DNA from: Candidatus Methanomethylophilaceae archaeon
GTDB taxonomy: Archaea; Thermoplasmatota; Thermoplasmata; Methanomassiliicoccales; Methanomethylophilaceae
Length of the DNA stretch: 60,587 bases
Direction: 5' to 3'
NCBI GenBank assembly: GCA_944321985.1
Contig: CALUNK010000001.1
Coordinates: 1-60,587 of the forward strand
In this document: positions 18,068 to 26,981 of the stretch, piece by piece
Numbering within the stretch: position 1 is the stretch's first letter
Layout: the number at the start of each line of letters is the position of its first letter
The notes under the pieces: model-generated
Databases searched by the model: none
What the model was told of the DNA's origin: nothing
The model's input: only the letters and a program-made list of their open reading frames with translations
Program-made: the position numbers and the translations under genes

Positions 18068-18874
18068 TTATGCCTCCATCTTCTCGAGGATGGCCGAGGC
18101 ACGCTCGTTCAGGGCTCTGATCTCCTTCATGAGCTCGTCGTCATCCTCCGCCCCGTTCTCGGGCTTCTCTTCTGTTGTTTCGTCGGCCTTCGTCTTAGGG
18201 TCGCACGCCTTCTGGTCATCGCCCTTGTCGGGCTTCGAGTCGACAGGCTCCCCTTCCTCGGGCTTCTCTTCCTCGGCGGGAGCTTCCTTCCCGTCCTCCT
18301 CGTCCAGCTTGTCCAGCTCGGACAGCGCCTGGTTGCGCTGCTCGTCTGTCAGGCTCTTCAAAAACTCGCATTTGGCATAGCGGCTCATCCTAGCCAGCCT
18401 CCGGGACTTAGCCTGGATCCTCGCCTCAGGGTTCGCCGGCTCTCCAACAATGGAACCCTCCAGGAGCTCCACATCGTCGAGATGGCGGACGCCGTTCTCG
18501 TCGTAGTGGTAGCTCTTGGCGTAATACCCGATGGAGAGGCCGTTTAGTGCCGCCCCGCCCCTGAACCTCATCAGCTCGAAGGTGTCGTGTCCGTCCTGTG
18601 TCGAGAGGCAGATATGCCCCTCGATGCGGAGGGCGTCAATCGAGTCAATGATGTCGAACGTGCCGATACCTCTGGTCGGATCGTGCTCCCTGCGGAGGGG
18701 GTAGTTCCTGAGACCCTTGGCCGCGATGGTCGAGTCGAAGCATCCGCGCTCGCAGATGTCCCCGACGAGGTCCACGTTGCCGTATGTGGACAGGATGCCC
18801 TGGAAGACGCCGTCGTTCCCCTCCTGGGAGAACGACTTGATCTCCGGGATCATCCGTCCGTAGAATCCAGCCAT
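18068..18874 (-). CDS. HK97-type prohead protease with an acidic C-terminal extension
   Basis: FQGILSTYGNVDLVGD, EHD, GLSIGY and ELLEGSIVGEPANPEARI motifs. Confidence 0.9.
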   Translation of the reverse strand: MAGFYGRMIPEIKSFSQEGNDGVFQGILSTYGNVDLVGDICERGCFDSTIAAKGLRNYPLRREHDPTRGIGTFDIIDSIDALRIEGHICLSTQDGHDTFELMRFRGGAALNGLSIGYYAKSYHYDENGVRHLDDVELLEGSIVGEPANPEARIQAKSRRLARMSRYAKCEFLKSLTDEQRNQALSELDKLDEEDGKEAPAEEEKPEEGEPVDSKPDKGDDQKACDPKTKADETTEEKPENGAEDDDELMKEIRALNERASAILEKMEA

Positions 18875-18898
18875 GGATTCCTTACCGTTCGAGGTGTT

Positions 18899-18915
18899 TT
18901 ATAAAGGACAATTCG
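18899..18915 (-). promoter_or_regulatory. Viral promoter motif, copy 3 (protease-MCP operon)
   Basis: Minus strand CGAATTGTCC-TTTATAA, 25 nt upstream of ATG 18874. Confidence 0.72.
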
Positions 18916-19878
18916 TCAGAGGTCCCTGAGATAGTGGAAGCACTTGCACCTGCAGTTAATCCAGTTCTCTGGTCCAGCTCCGTGTGCGCGGTCACCGGGC
19001 CACAGCATGAGGTCGGTTCCACCGTGACGATTGGGGACCTCGAACATCTCATCATCATCGATGACCTTGCCATGCATGACCCTGTGCGTCCTCCTGACGA
19101 GGGAGTCCTGCCACGTGCTCCACTCCTTGATCATGGGCTCCCCGTCGGTGGCCTCCTGCGCGGCCTGCGCCAGAGCGCGGTTGACAGCCTCGTTGGTCTC
19201 CGTCACGGCGATCCTGCGCGCACGTGCGGGTGAGAACGCGCCAGAGGATTCCAGCGCCTCTATGAACCTGTCGAGCTCGTCGTCGTGGATCGTCGTCCTC
19301 GACGGACCCGTCAGCCCCTCCCAGACAGTGCCCTGCGACATGCTCGTCTCGGTCTCCGGGAAGAAGCTGACCGAGACCCTCATGGGTGCCTCGTCGATGA
19401 TGATGTCCCTGAGCTCCAGGAGCATCTGCAGAGTGACCGCTGACATGCTGGACACCGACGACTGGAGGTTCTGCTGGATCTGTTCGAGGATCCTCTGCTG
19501 TTCAGGGCTGAGAGCCTTGACCTCGAGGGCACGACGGTATGACTTGATAGTGTCCTCCGGCATGACCATGGATGCGGCCTGAGGGTAGATCTGGAGGAAT
19601 AGCTTCTGCAGAACCTCCTCCTGCCTCTGCTGGAACCCTGCGATGATGGTCATCGCCTCGAGGTCGTCGGGGATATGGTCGAGAGCGGCGAACGCCCTCC
19701 GCATGTCGTTGAGGATCCTCGAGTAATGCCATGTGATCCAGCGCTCGTAGCGGAGCTGGAGGGACACAGCGGACTGCGTCTGCGCCATGAGGGCGCGCTG
19801 AGAGGGCTTCCTGTCCGTCAGGGCCTTGACGCCCTGCACAGGAGGCTGCCATAGATCAGGTGTAGTTCTGAGGGTCAT
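18916..19878 (-). CDS. Head morphogenesis protein (SPP1 gp7 / Mu gpF family)
   Basis: RARRIAVTE, KEWSTWQDSLVRRTH and PGD...ENWINCRC motifs. Confidence 0.88.
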   Translation of the reverse strand: MTLRTTPDLWQPPVQGVKALTDRKPSQRALMAQTQSAVSLQLRYERWITWHYSRILNDMRRAFAALDHIPDDLEAMTIIAGFQQRQEEVLQKLFLQIYPQAASMVMPEDTIKSYRRALEVKALSPEQQRILEQIQQNLQSSVSSMSAVTLQMLLELRDIIIDEAPMRVSVSFFPETETSMSQGTVWEGLTGPSRTTIHDDELDRFIEALESSGAFSPARARRIAVTETNEAVNRALAQAAQEATDGEPMIKEWSTWQDSLVRRTHRVMHGKVIDDDEMFEVPNRHGGTDLMLWPGDRAHGAGPENWINCRCKCFHYLRDL

Positions 19879-21076
19879 AGCCGTCGTTGATGTCCATCTT
19901 GGACATGTCCGTCAGGACCCTGTCCCCTCCTGCGACAGGACTGTAGGACAGGCGTGCGCGCTTCTCGTTGATCGTCATGAAGTCGCATGAGGTGAGGGCT
20001 GTGATGATAGTCGACTCGTCACCCTTTAGTCCGTCGATCTGTGCCTCGTCGTACCCGATGCGGGCGACGTCCGGGTAGAGGTGCGCCAGCTTCCTCGTGA
20101 GTGTGGAGTAGAAGAGATCCGCCTGTGGCTTGACCGTGTGAGCTGCGAACTCCTTGTTGGCCTCCTGGGCATTGGAGTAGGTTTTGTTGGCGCTGTCGCC
20201 CACGAGCTCCGGAGGGACGCCCATGGCGATGGCGATCTCCCTGGCGGAAGTGGTGACGCCTTGGGAGTAGTCCATGTCCCTGGCGTTGAATCCTGCCGTG
20301 CTGATCGTCTTGCCCCTGTCCAGGACCATGACGCTCCCCGCCTTCTCAGGACCCGCATGTCCCGCGTTCAGGCGAGCTCTGAAATCCTCGAACATCTGGG
20401 CGGTCATGGGGTTCGGGTCCTGCACCACGATGGACGGCTTCGCCCCGTTGGCCATCAGGGAGACGTTCCACTGCCGAGCCATGGACTGCTGCTCGATGGA
20501 CAGCCCTGCAGCCTCCAGCGGGGAGATGCCCCACACGCCGTTGATGTCCGTGGCCGTGTGCATGTGGATCATCCTCGAGGGCTCCACACCGACCACACCT
20601 CCCGACGTGGACACCTGCCACTCTGCCACAGGGTCGAATATGTTGCCGGTCTCCACCGCCGAGACATTGCCCGGTGCTGTCGGCCACAGCTCCCCCACGC
20701 CGTTGATGGTGAGGAGCGGGATGACGAAGGTGTTGCCGTTGATGACGTAGTCGATCTGCGTGCGATATACGAGATCGCGCCATGACATGAGCGGATTCGG
20801 TGCACGGAGAACCTGCAGAAGAGGGTGGTTCGGAATCGCCTCGTCATCCTGATCGTAGATGACGGGCTCGAGCGATGCCACAGCCGTGGAGCGGAGATCC
20901 GCGCAGCGGTAGACGTACGGGTTCATGGACAGCCCGTCCTTGACCTGGGAGGTGTAGCTCCTGCCCATGCCGCGACGGGACATGCCTGAGAAGACCCTGC
21001 CGACGATGGACTCCAGGCTCGAAGCGCGGAACTCCTCCGTCATACTTTTCCTCTGGAGACGGTCGAGTAGGCCCAT
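19856..21076 (-). CDS. Portal protein (HK97 family)
   Basis: NPYVYRC, HPLLQVLRAPNP, GISPL, NGAKP, REIAIAMGVPPELVG and TINEKRA motifs. Confidence 0.92.
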   Translation of the reverse strand: MGLLDRLQRKSMTEEFRASSLESIVGRVFSGMSRRGMGRSYTSQVKDGLSMNPYVYRCADLRSTAVASLEPVIYDQDDEAIPNHPLLQVLRAPNPLMSWRDLVYRTQIDYVINGNTFVIPLLTINGVGELWPTAPGNVSAVETGNIFDPVAEWQVSTSGGVVGVEPSRMIHMHTATDINGVWGISPLEAAGLSIEQQSMARQWNVSLMANGAKPSIVVQDPNPMTAQMFEDFRARLNAGHAGPEKAGSVMVLDRGKTISTAGFNARDMDYSQGVTTSAREIAIAMGVPPELVGDSANKTYSNAQEANKEFAAHTVKPQADLFYSTLTRKLAHLYPDVARIGYDEAQIDGLKGDESTIITALTSCDFMTINEKRARLSYSPVAGGDRVLTDMSKMDINDGYDPQNYT

Positions 21077-21093
21077 GTGGGGAAAGACCCTGA

Positions 21094-21117
21094 GGACGCT
21101 TATAAAGGACGACTCGA
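21094..21117 (-). promoter_or_regulatory. Viral promoter motif, copy 4 (portal gene)
   Basis: Minus strand TCGAGTCGTCC-TTTATAA-GCGTCC; 23/24 identical to copy 1; 24 nt upstream of ATG 21076. Confidence 0.75.
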
Positions 21118-21118
21118 C

Positions 21119-22507
21119 TCAGAGGAAGAACACGTTGCTGGGTGCGTCGTAGTCAGCCAGGGTCCTGAACGCCCCGCTGCAGGCGTCCACCTGGTCGTCA
21201 TGCTCCCCCAATGGGAACTCGAGGATCTCGGACTCGAGCTCGCGGTTCCAGGGCGCACGGACGAACCAGAGGTTGCCGCACTCCAGGGCGGCAGCCATCG
21301 GCCCCGCTCTCAACACCTTGTTCCCCGTCACCTTGTCGGGACGGAAATCATACCCCTGCAGGACCTGCCTCGAGTAGTGGTCGATGACGTCCACGCCTGA
21401 GGAACCCGGCTCCTGCTCCATGCGGATGATGGTCTCGATACCGTCCCTCTCCGCCGTTGCCCGGATGACCTTCTGCACCTCGTAGGGGCTCCCCTGGAGC
21501 CTGACGATGTCCTCGATGCAGTACCTCCCGTCCTGCACGCTCATCAGGCACCCGACGGTCCAGTCCCCGTCCCCATGCGTCGCCGCTCTGTCCCAATAAC
21601 GGCAGCGGACGGCATTGGCAGGGAGCGGACGGTCGTACCTGATCCATGACCTCTTGAACAGTCCGCCCTCCAATGGTGTGGGGCGTCCCTGGTAGAGTGC
21701 CTCGAAGACCCTGGACCCCAGCTCTCTGCGCTTCGTCTCGAGATCCTCCACAGGGAACCTCTCAGGCCACAACGCCTCGCCTTCATCGCTGATGGCGGGG
21801 AGATTCAGGACCTCCCATCCGTCGGGATTGTCGTTGAGGATGCGCCCCGCGAGATCGTCATGATGCCAGCGCGTCATGATCAAAATCATGTGCCCGCCCG
21901 GTGAGAGACGTGTGGAGGCTACTGACAGGAACCAGTCATAGACCTTGTTCCTCATCGTCTCCGAGTCCGCTTCCTCCATGTCCTTGACCGGGTCGTCGAT
22001 GATGATCAGGTCTCCACCCGACCCGGTGAGACCAGAACCCACTCCCGCCGCGATCAGGGACGGCCTGCCGTTGAGCTTGCCGGAGATCTGGAACTCGTCC
22101 ACCGCATCGACGGAGAACTCGATCCCGGGGAAGATCCTGCGGTGCATCTCCGTGTCGAAACGCCCTCTGCAGGAGCGGCTCATCTTCCTGGCCTGAGATT
22201 GATTGTATGAGGCTATGATGACCTCCCCCTGAGGATTCCTTGACAGCCACCACGCAGGCAGGCACTCGGAACCTATGGTGCTCTTCATGTGTCTTGGAGG
22301 CATTGAGATCATCAGCCCGCGCTTGTCGCTCTGCAGGAACCGCTCTATGGTATCGCAGATCACGTGGATGTGGTGGCCGTCGACATAGCCCTGGTTGGCC
22401 AACACAGTCTGTTGCACATAGGGCAGAAGATGCTCATGGGCAGAACCTATGGTCCGCCAGAGTTCCTTGACCCTCTCCCATCCGGCATCGGTTGTCCGGT
22501 AGCGCAT
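21119..22507 (-). CDS. terL: Terminase large subunit
   Basis: Walker A-like MPPRHMKST, Walker B IIIDDP, MTRWH, and nuclease motifs YWDRA and HDDQVDA. Confidence 0.93.
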   Translation of the reverse strand: MRYRTTDAGWERVKELWRTIGSAHEHLLPYVQQTVLANQGYVDGHHIHVICDTIERFLQSDKRGLMISMPPRHMKSTIGSECLPAWWLSRNPQGEVIIASYNQSQARKMSRSCRGRFDTEMHRRIFPGIEFSVDAVDEFQISGKLNGRPSLIAAGVGSGLTGSGGDLIIIDDPVKDMEEADSETMRNKVYDWFLSVASTRLSPGGHMILIMTRWHHDDLAGRILNDNPDGWEVLNLPAISDEGEALWPERFPVEDLETKRRELGSRVFEALYQGRPTPLEGGLFKRSWIRYDRPLPANAVRCRYWDRAATHGDGDWTVGCLMSVQDGRYCIEDIVRLQGSPYEVQKVIRATAERDGIETIIRMEQEPGSSGVDVIDHYSRQVLQGYDFRPDKVTGNKVLRAGPMAAALECGNLWFVRAPWNRELESEILEFPLGEHDDQVDACSGAFRTLADYDAPSNVFFL

Positions 22508-23063
22508 GGTCCTCTATCACCTTGCAGAGTTCGTCGTAGTCGAGGCGGTCGGCGACCTCCTCGTCGACGATTCTGACCTCCTCATCTGATTCCATGGTGC
22601 CCCTGTCGAGACCGCACCATTTTGCGAGGTCCCTCAGAGCGGACTGCACCAGCTTTCCGTGCTGGATGACATCGTAACGGGCGGCAGCGTCGTCTGGATT
22701 GGAAAGCCTCGCCCGAGCTTCGTTGTAGAGGTCGATCTCAGCGAGGAGGTGGGCGGTCATTGTCTCAGCAACGATCCGTCTGCCGGCCACGTGAACGGGG
22801 TCGGACTCGTGAACGTTCACGTGAACGTTCACATCCTTGTGAACGGTTTGTTCATAGTCGCGCGCACGCGCACGCGCAGGTAAATCGGCTCTGACGTGAA
22901 CGCTCTCGTGAACGCTCGGTCCTCCAGCATCCATTTCGGACTTGACCTTGGCGACCATGCCCTTTGAGCATCCGACGACCTTGGCGATGTCCGCATACGA
23001 GGCTGTGCCTAGCATCTCCTCGATCTGCTGCCTCTGAGCATCCGTCAGCTTAGGATGGGCCAT
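22434..23063 (-). CDS. Putative terminase small subunit (N-terminal HTH)
   Basis: SYADIAKVVGCSKGMV HTH; directly upstream of terL and overlapping it by 74 nt. Confidence 0.65.
   Translation of the reverse strand: MAHPKLTDAQRQQIEEMLGTASYADIAKVVGCSKGMVAKVKSEMDAGGPSVHESVHVRADLPARARARDYEQTVHKDVNVHVNVHESDPVHVAGRRIVAETMTAHLLAEIDLYNEARARLSNPDDAAARYDVIQHGKLVQSALRDLAKWCGLDRGTMESDEEVRIVDEEVADRLDYDELCKVIEDHALPDNRCRMGEGQGTLADHRFCP
22790..22917. repeat. Cluster of GTGAACG heptamers including a 24-bp perfect palindrome, inside terS
   Basis: GTGAACG at 22791, 22809, 22821, 22839, 22896 and 22908; (GTGAACGTTCAC)x2 at 22809-22832; (GCGCAC)n run at 22859-22878. Confidence 0.85.
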
Positions 23064-23140
23064 CACGTCATCTCCGGATTCTCGATTATGTATCCAAATC
23101 AGACATAATCACTTGATATTTGTTATATGAATCGGGGTTT

Positions 23141-23620
23141 TTACTCGATATTGTCTGATTCCAGACTGTTGCCCTTGGTCTCCATGGGCCTCATCCTATT
23201 CTCAGATACGTCTATCCTGTTTCTGAGAACGATGGGAGTTTGCGATGGAACCGGATTGATGTTGATGGTTGCCGTGTTTATATTGTATACTGGGCCCATC
23301 CCCTGTTTTAGAAGAGCCTCCTGACTTTCCGCAATTCTCTCTAGAATACTGATCACTCTTTCCTTCTGCTCATCGGTCAATGAATCCCACTCCTTCAACT
23401 GGATGATAAGACGTTTGTGTCCTGCTGGTCCGTCGTCTGTCTGGATCCTCTCAATCCTTCCATCCTCGACCAAACGCTGGATGATTTTCCACACTGCATT
23501 CTTATTCAGTCCGAGAACGGAATGGATCTCCCTCTGGTAGACTGATATGCCTTGGTCGTCGCACATGCGGAGATATGACACAACCATCTCCATGCGCTCT
23601 GCGTCCGGATAGTACGACAT
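23141..23620 (-). CDS. Winged-helix DNA-binding protein (candidate transcription regulator)
   Basis: YQREIHSVLGLNKNAVWKIIQRLVEDGRIER wHTH; last early gene before the packaging genes. Confidence 0.7.
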   Translation of the reverse strand: MSYYPDAERMEMVVSYLRMCDDQGISVYQREIHSVLGLNKNAVWKIIQRLVEDGRIERIQTDDGPAGHKRLIIQLKEWDSLTDEQKERVISILERIAESQEALLKQGMGPVYNINTATININPVPSQTPIVLRNRIDVSENRMRPMETKGNSLESDNIE

Positions 23621-24390
23621 CAAGAATCCTCGAGGATGCGTGGGGCCACATGGATCCTGTACGATGCTGCTCCAGATCTGAACTCGAAGATCATAGGGTA
23701 GTCCGTGGAGAGGCCGACTAGAACATCATCCTCTGAATGGATCTTCCGGACAATATCTGCGATGACCTCTGAACCGAAGGAGCTCGTGACGTTCTCGGTG
23801 TAGACGCTGGGCACGAATATCTCTGCAGTCTCTACATCGGACGAGATGGAGAATGTCAGCCTTCCCTTATCGACACGGGCGAAGAGAGTCTCTCCGATTG
23901 TCTTCAAACCCGCGAGCTCACGGAGGGTTTCAACCGGCACGGGAATGTTCACTTCCGAATCTCTGTCAATGTCGGAGTAAATCGCTACATTGTCTCCGAC
24001 AAGTGTGAAACTGCGCCGTCTGCAATCGTTCCACATGCAAACCTTGGCTCCGATGACCGTAACGCAGACACATTCGTCACCGAACGCCTTGAGTGCTCTG
24101 ACCAGGTGTTCGATGGATACCGGTATCTCGCTGGGTCTCGTGCAGATGTAGTCGAAGATCGCACTGTCCTCCTGGAATGTGATCTTTGCATCCATGATAC
24201 AACGCATTATGCTGGCCTCGTCCTGCACCCCTGTGCTGATGGAGTTCTCCGCGAACCTGAACTTGACTGGGGCCTCTTTACCCGCAACCCCGATGACAGG
24301 ATCGAGATTCTTTAGCAGTTTGGTTGCTGAAGAAACGATGACAACCACATCTGTTCCTAATCTATCCCTGATTTGCTTTGCTGTTTCCAT
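23620..24390 (-). CDS. pcn: Virus-encoded divergent PCNA (DNA sliding clamp)
   Basis: 256 aa with the PCNA-like layout FRFAENSIS..VQDEASI...FDY and the C-terminal signature LSTDYPMIFEF...HVAPRI. Confidence 0.78.
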   Translation of the reverse strand: METAKQIRDRLGTDVVVIVSSATKLLKNLDPVIGVAGKEAPVKFRFAENSISTGVQDEASIMRCIMDAKITFQEDSAIFDYICTRPSEIPVSIEHLVRALKAFGDECVCVTVIGAKVCMWNDCRRRSFTLVGDNVAIYSDIDRDSEVNIPVPVETLRELAGLKTIGETLFARVDKGRLTFSISSDVETAEIFVPSVYTENVTSSFGSEVIADIVRKIHSEDDVLVGLSTDYPMIFEFRSGAASYRIHVAPRILEDS

Positions 24391-24555
24391 TCAGACATCC
24401 TCCATAATGTCCCCACACTCCGGGCAGTGGGCCTCACCTTCGTCGTCTATCTCGCAGTCCCCCCAATCGACCTCGAGACCGCATAATGGGCATCTGCATC
24501 TCGGGGCGAAACAGACCCCCTGCTCCGCCATCTGGAGAAGACCCTCATAGGTCAT
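24391..24555 (-). CDS. Small Zn-ribbon protein (54 aa)
   Basis: CPLCG...CPECG; ATGA coupling. Confidence 0.65.
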   Translation of the reverse strand: MTYEGLLQMAEQGVCFAPRCRCPLCGLEVDWGDCEIDDEGEAHCPECGDIMEDV

Positions 24556-24806
24556 GCCATCACCAGCGTCATGACCGTGAGGGAAACGGTTCCGAGCATC
24601 AGAGAGATGGCGGAGACCAGGACCATCAGATCGATGATCCCCTGCTGCTTCTCGAGGGCTCTGTTGATCATCACAATATCGCGGCTGTTGCGCTCCATAC
24701 ACCTGTTCAGGTTACGGATGCTGTACTCCTGCGACTGCTGGCGCATTGTGATGTGAGCCAGGTCCGCCCTGTCACGGATGGTCAGGCGTCCATCGTCATC
24801 GTTCAT
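24552..24806 (-). CDS. Small coiled-coil protein with a C-terminal TM helix (84 aa)
   Basis: IIDLMVLVSAISLMLGTVSLTVMTLV hydrophobic tail; GGAGGG RBS. Confidence 0.6.
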   Translation of the reverse strand: MNDDDGRLTIRDRADLAHITMRQQSQEYSIRNLNRCMERNSRDIVMINRALEKQQGIIDLMVLVSAISLMLGTVSLTVMTLVMA

Positions 24807-24997
24807 GGCCCCTCCCTCCATGCCGGGATGAACTGCATGCAGCAGCGCGTCGGAGTAATCTCATTCTCGGTGTAGCACTCACAGTCGGCTAAGCCGCATG
24901 CGCTGCAGCTGTACCTCCGAATCCTCTGGATATGGAATTTCTCCACGGTCTCGGATTCCTCTACTTTTCCGCCCTTCCCTTTACACTTGCTCATCAT
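24803..24997 (-). CDS. Small Cys-rich hypothetical protein
   Basis: CSACG...CEC...CC; coupled to its neighbours. Confidence 0.5.
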   Translation of the reverse strand: MMSKCKGKGGKVEESETVEKFHIQRIRRYSCSACGLADCECYTENEITPTRCCMQFIPAWREGP

Positions 24998-24998
24998 A

Positions 24999-25259
24999 TC
25001 ATCTCGAAAAAGTGGAAGAAGTTTCTTTGAAGTACTCGACCTCTGATGCAGGGACTGCATGGACACGAGGCCCATCCTCGAGAATCTCCACGCTGAACAG
25101 GATCCTCTCCCCTCTGCCGCTTAACGCACAGATCTCATCCATGTACTGGATCGCATCCTCTATCGATTCGTACTCGGCATCGTACTCGTACTCGGGCTTG
25201 AAGTCGTTGAAGCCCCGCTCATTCTCGAAGATCGAGAAACAATCCAGGAGAATCTTCAT
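24999..25259 (-). CDS. Acidic hypothetical protein (86 aa)
   Basis: GGAGGT RBS; fits the operon. Confidence 0.6.
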   Translation of the reverse strand: MKILLDCFSIFENERGFNDFKPEYEYDAEYESIEDAIQYMDEICALSGRGERILFSVEILEDGPRVHAVPASEVEYFKETSSTFSR

Positions 25260-25275
25260 GGGTTGACCTCCCCGT

Positions 25276-25473
25276 TCATCTGAACGCCTCCAGTTTCATC
25301 TGTCTGGGTTCCACAGGCTGGATGCCTGCGCAGTATCCACCGCACCCGAATGCGGTGGGATCCCAGCGGATCTTGCACTTGTTGCGGTCGCACCAGGTAT
25401 GATCCGGTTCGGAGCACCCGCATGTGCTGCATGTGAACCATGTCCTGCGCATGAACGCATGGATGCCCGTCAC
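25276..25473 (-). CDS. Small Cys-rich protein with a C-terminal PIP-box-like QMKLEAF
   Basis: GTGA overlap with the upstream stop; CSTC, C..C and C...C motifs. Confidence 0.55.
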   Translation of the reverse strand: MTGIHAFMRRTWFTCSTCGCSEPDHTWCDRNKCKIRWDPTAFGCGGYCAGIQPVEPRQMKLEAFR

Positions 25474-26123
25474 AACATCACCTCATACGGCCCATAGGTT
25501 CTCAGATTCGGGGCGATTCCGACGATAGGGATAGTTCTCCACACAGCCCGCATGGGTTCCACGGTCAGAGCCTCGTCTTGGAAGCGATACGCGAGATCGC
25601 TCATGGCCATCAGATCATCATCGCGGATGCCCTTCTGCAACGCAACTATCATGAAGTGCTCCGGATAGGTGGATGGATCCAGAGGGAAGGTGTCATGAAT
25701 GGGACACTCTGAATCCTCCACGATGTCCTGCGTCCATTCGGTTCCGTTATCCAGCAGATAGTGCAGGAGTTCGCCATCGACCCATGCTGACTCCACTCTG
25801 GGAACCTCCCTTATGAAGGCATCGTGAGTGTCATCAGCTGGATCCACGGGATATAGGAACTCCCCGACCGTGCCATCCCTGCGAATCAGCTTGTCGGCCC
25901 GGCAGTCGCCCCTGCACTGATAGAAGCAGAGGTCCCACCCGTCATACCTCGGGAATCTGCTGTCGCATGCCAGGAGCCTGGGCCAGATGCCATCGCCTGA
26001 TGGTAACATGTGAAGGTCACGGACATAAGCCTCCGCATTGGAACGATAGCACCAGGCACGCCTGCCCCAGAAGAACAGGGGTGTTGGCCTGGGACCGAAT
26101 GAGTCAAGGGAGGTCTGCATCAT
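25470..26123 (-). CDS. Hypothetical protein with an N-terminal PIP-box-like QTSLDSF
   Basis: Start MMQTSLDSF through an ATGA overlap. Confidence 0.6.
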   Translation of the reverse strand: MMQTSLDSFGPRPTPLFFWGRRAWCYRSNAEAYVRDLHMLPSGDGIWPRLLACDSRFPRYDGWDLCFYQCRGDCRADKLIRRDGTVGEFLYPVDPADDTHDAFIREVPRVESAWVDGELLHYLLDNGTEWTQDIVEDSECPIHDTFPLDPSTYPEHFMIVALQKGIRDDDLMAMSDLAYRFQDEALTVEPMRAVWRTIPIVGIAPNLRTYGPYEVML

Positions 26124-26329
26124 CTCTTCCCCTCCCACTGACCACAGATTTCGCACCTGCGGTCGTAGGCGGTACCTCCGAGGAGACTGCAGTTGCCGAG
26201 GACGACCATCCCTTCATCACCGACCAGCCCGGTGTAGGGGGTCCTGTGGAGCCATCTGCATGCAGGGCGGTTGTGTCCGCGAGACATGTCATCGAGCGTG
26301 AGCTGTGAGGTCATTCCCATGCTCCCCAT
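26120..26329 (-). CDS. Small Cys-containing protein with an N-terminal QLTLDDM
   Basis: Fills the operon gap; CEIC motif. Confidence 0.5.
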   Translation of the reverse strand: MGSMGMTSQLTLDDMSRGHNRPACRWLHRTPYTGLVGDEGMVVLGNCSLLGGTAYDRRCEICGQWEGKR

Positions 26330-26335
26330 TGATCA

Positions 26336-26554
26336 TCACACATAGCGTCCCCTCCTGTACCACAGAGTCCCCTTCCCATCTGATCTGCGCCTGAATGCGA
26401 CGAGGCCGCGGTAGCGCAGGATCGCCATCGCATACCTTGCACGGTCATATCTGACACCAGATAGGCGGGAGACCATCCTCAGCGTCATCGGCCTTTCGAG
26501 GTCCCATAGGATCCTCTCCACCTCCTCTGCGGTGGGGTATCTGCGGGAGTTCAT
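26336..26554 (-). CDS. Small basic winged-helix protein
   Basis: MTLRMVSRLSGVRYDRARYAMAILRYRGLV...TLWY. Confidence 0.65.
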   Translation of the reverse strand: MNSRRYPTAEEVERILWDLERPMTLRMVSRLSGVRYDRARYAMAILRYRGLVAFRRRSDGKGTLWYRRGRYV

Positions 26555-26766
26555 CCGACCAGCTCCGCGATAATGAGAGAGTGGATCTCATGGGACATGA
26601 TCAGCATACAGCAATCCCCCTGGTCCAGGAAGCCATCCTCATGGATGCAGTGGGCAAGGAACTTCGCCCGATCCAGTGCCATGTCCTTCGTGGGCTCCTC
26701 CCCGATGGGAAGCTTTTGAAGGCTTCCCTCGGGATCCCTGACCAGAGCCAGAACGACCCAGCTCAT
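26551..26766 (-). CDS. Hypothetical protein (71 aa)
   Basis: Start MSWVVLAL through an ATGA overlap; GGAGG RBS. Confidence 0.5.
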   Translation of the reverse strand: MSWVVLALVRDPEGSLQKLPIGEEPTKDMALDRAKFLAHCIHEDGFLDQGDCCMLIMSHEIHSLIIAELVG

Positions 26767-26981
26767 GGGTTCGCCTCCACTCTCGCGCCGCAAAACGGAC
26801 AGCACATTATAGGACGCCCCCTCTTGTTGGCATCCTTCCTGCGGAGGACGATTAGAGTGTCCTTTCCGGATGATAGGTACACGATACCGTCGATGACGTA
26901 CTCGTGCATTCCCGTACAGCACGGTTCTATCGTCTTGGTCTGCCTGTTACAGACTAGATGGCCATCGTAGGTGCATGTCAT
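26763..26981 (-). CDS. Small Zn-binding protein (72 aa)
   Basis: Start MTCTYDG; C-terminal CCPFCG; GGAGGTG RBS. Confidence 0.55.
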   Translation of the reverse strand: MTCTYDGHLVCNRQTKTIEPCCTGMHEYVIDGIVYLSSGKDTLIVLRRKDANKRGRPIMCCPFCGARVEANP

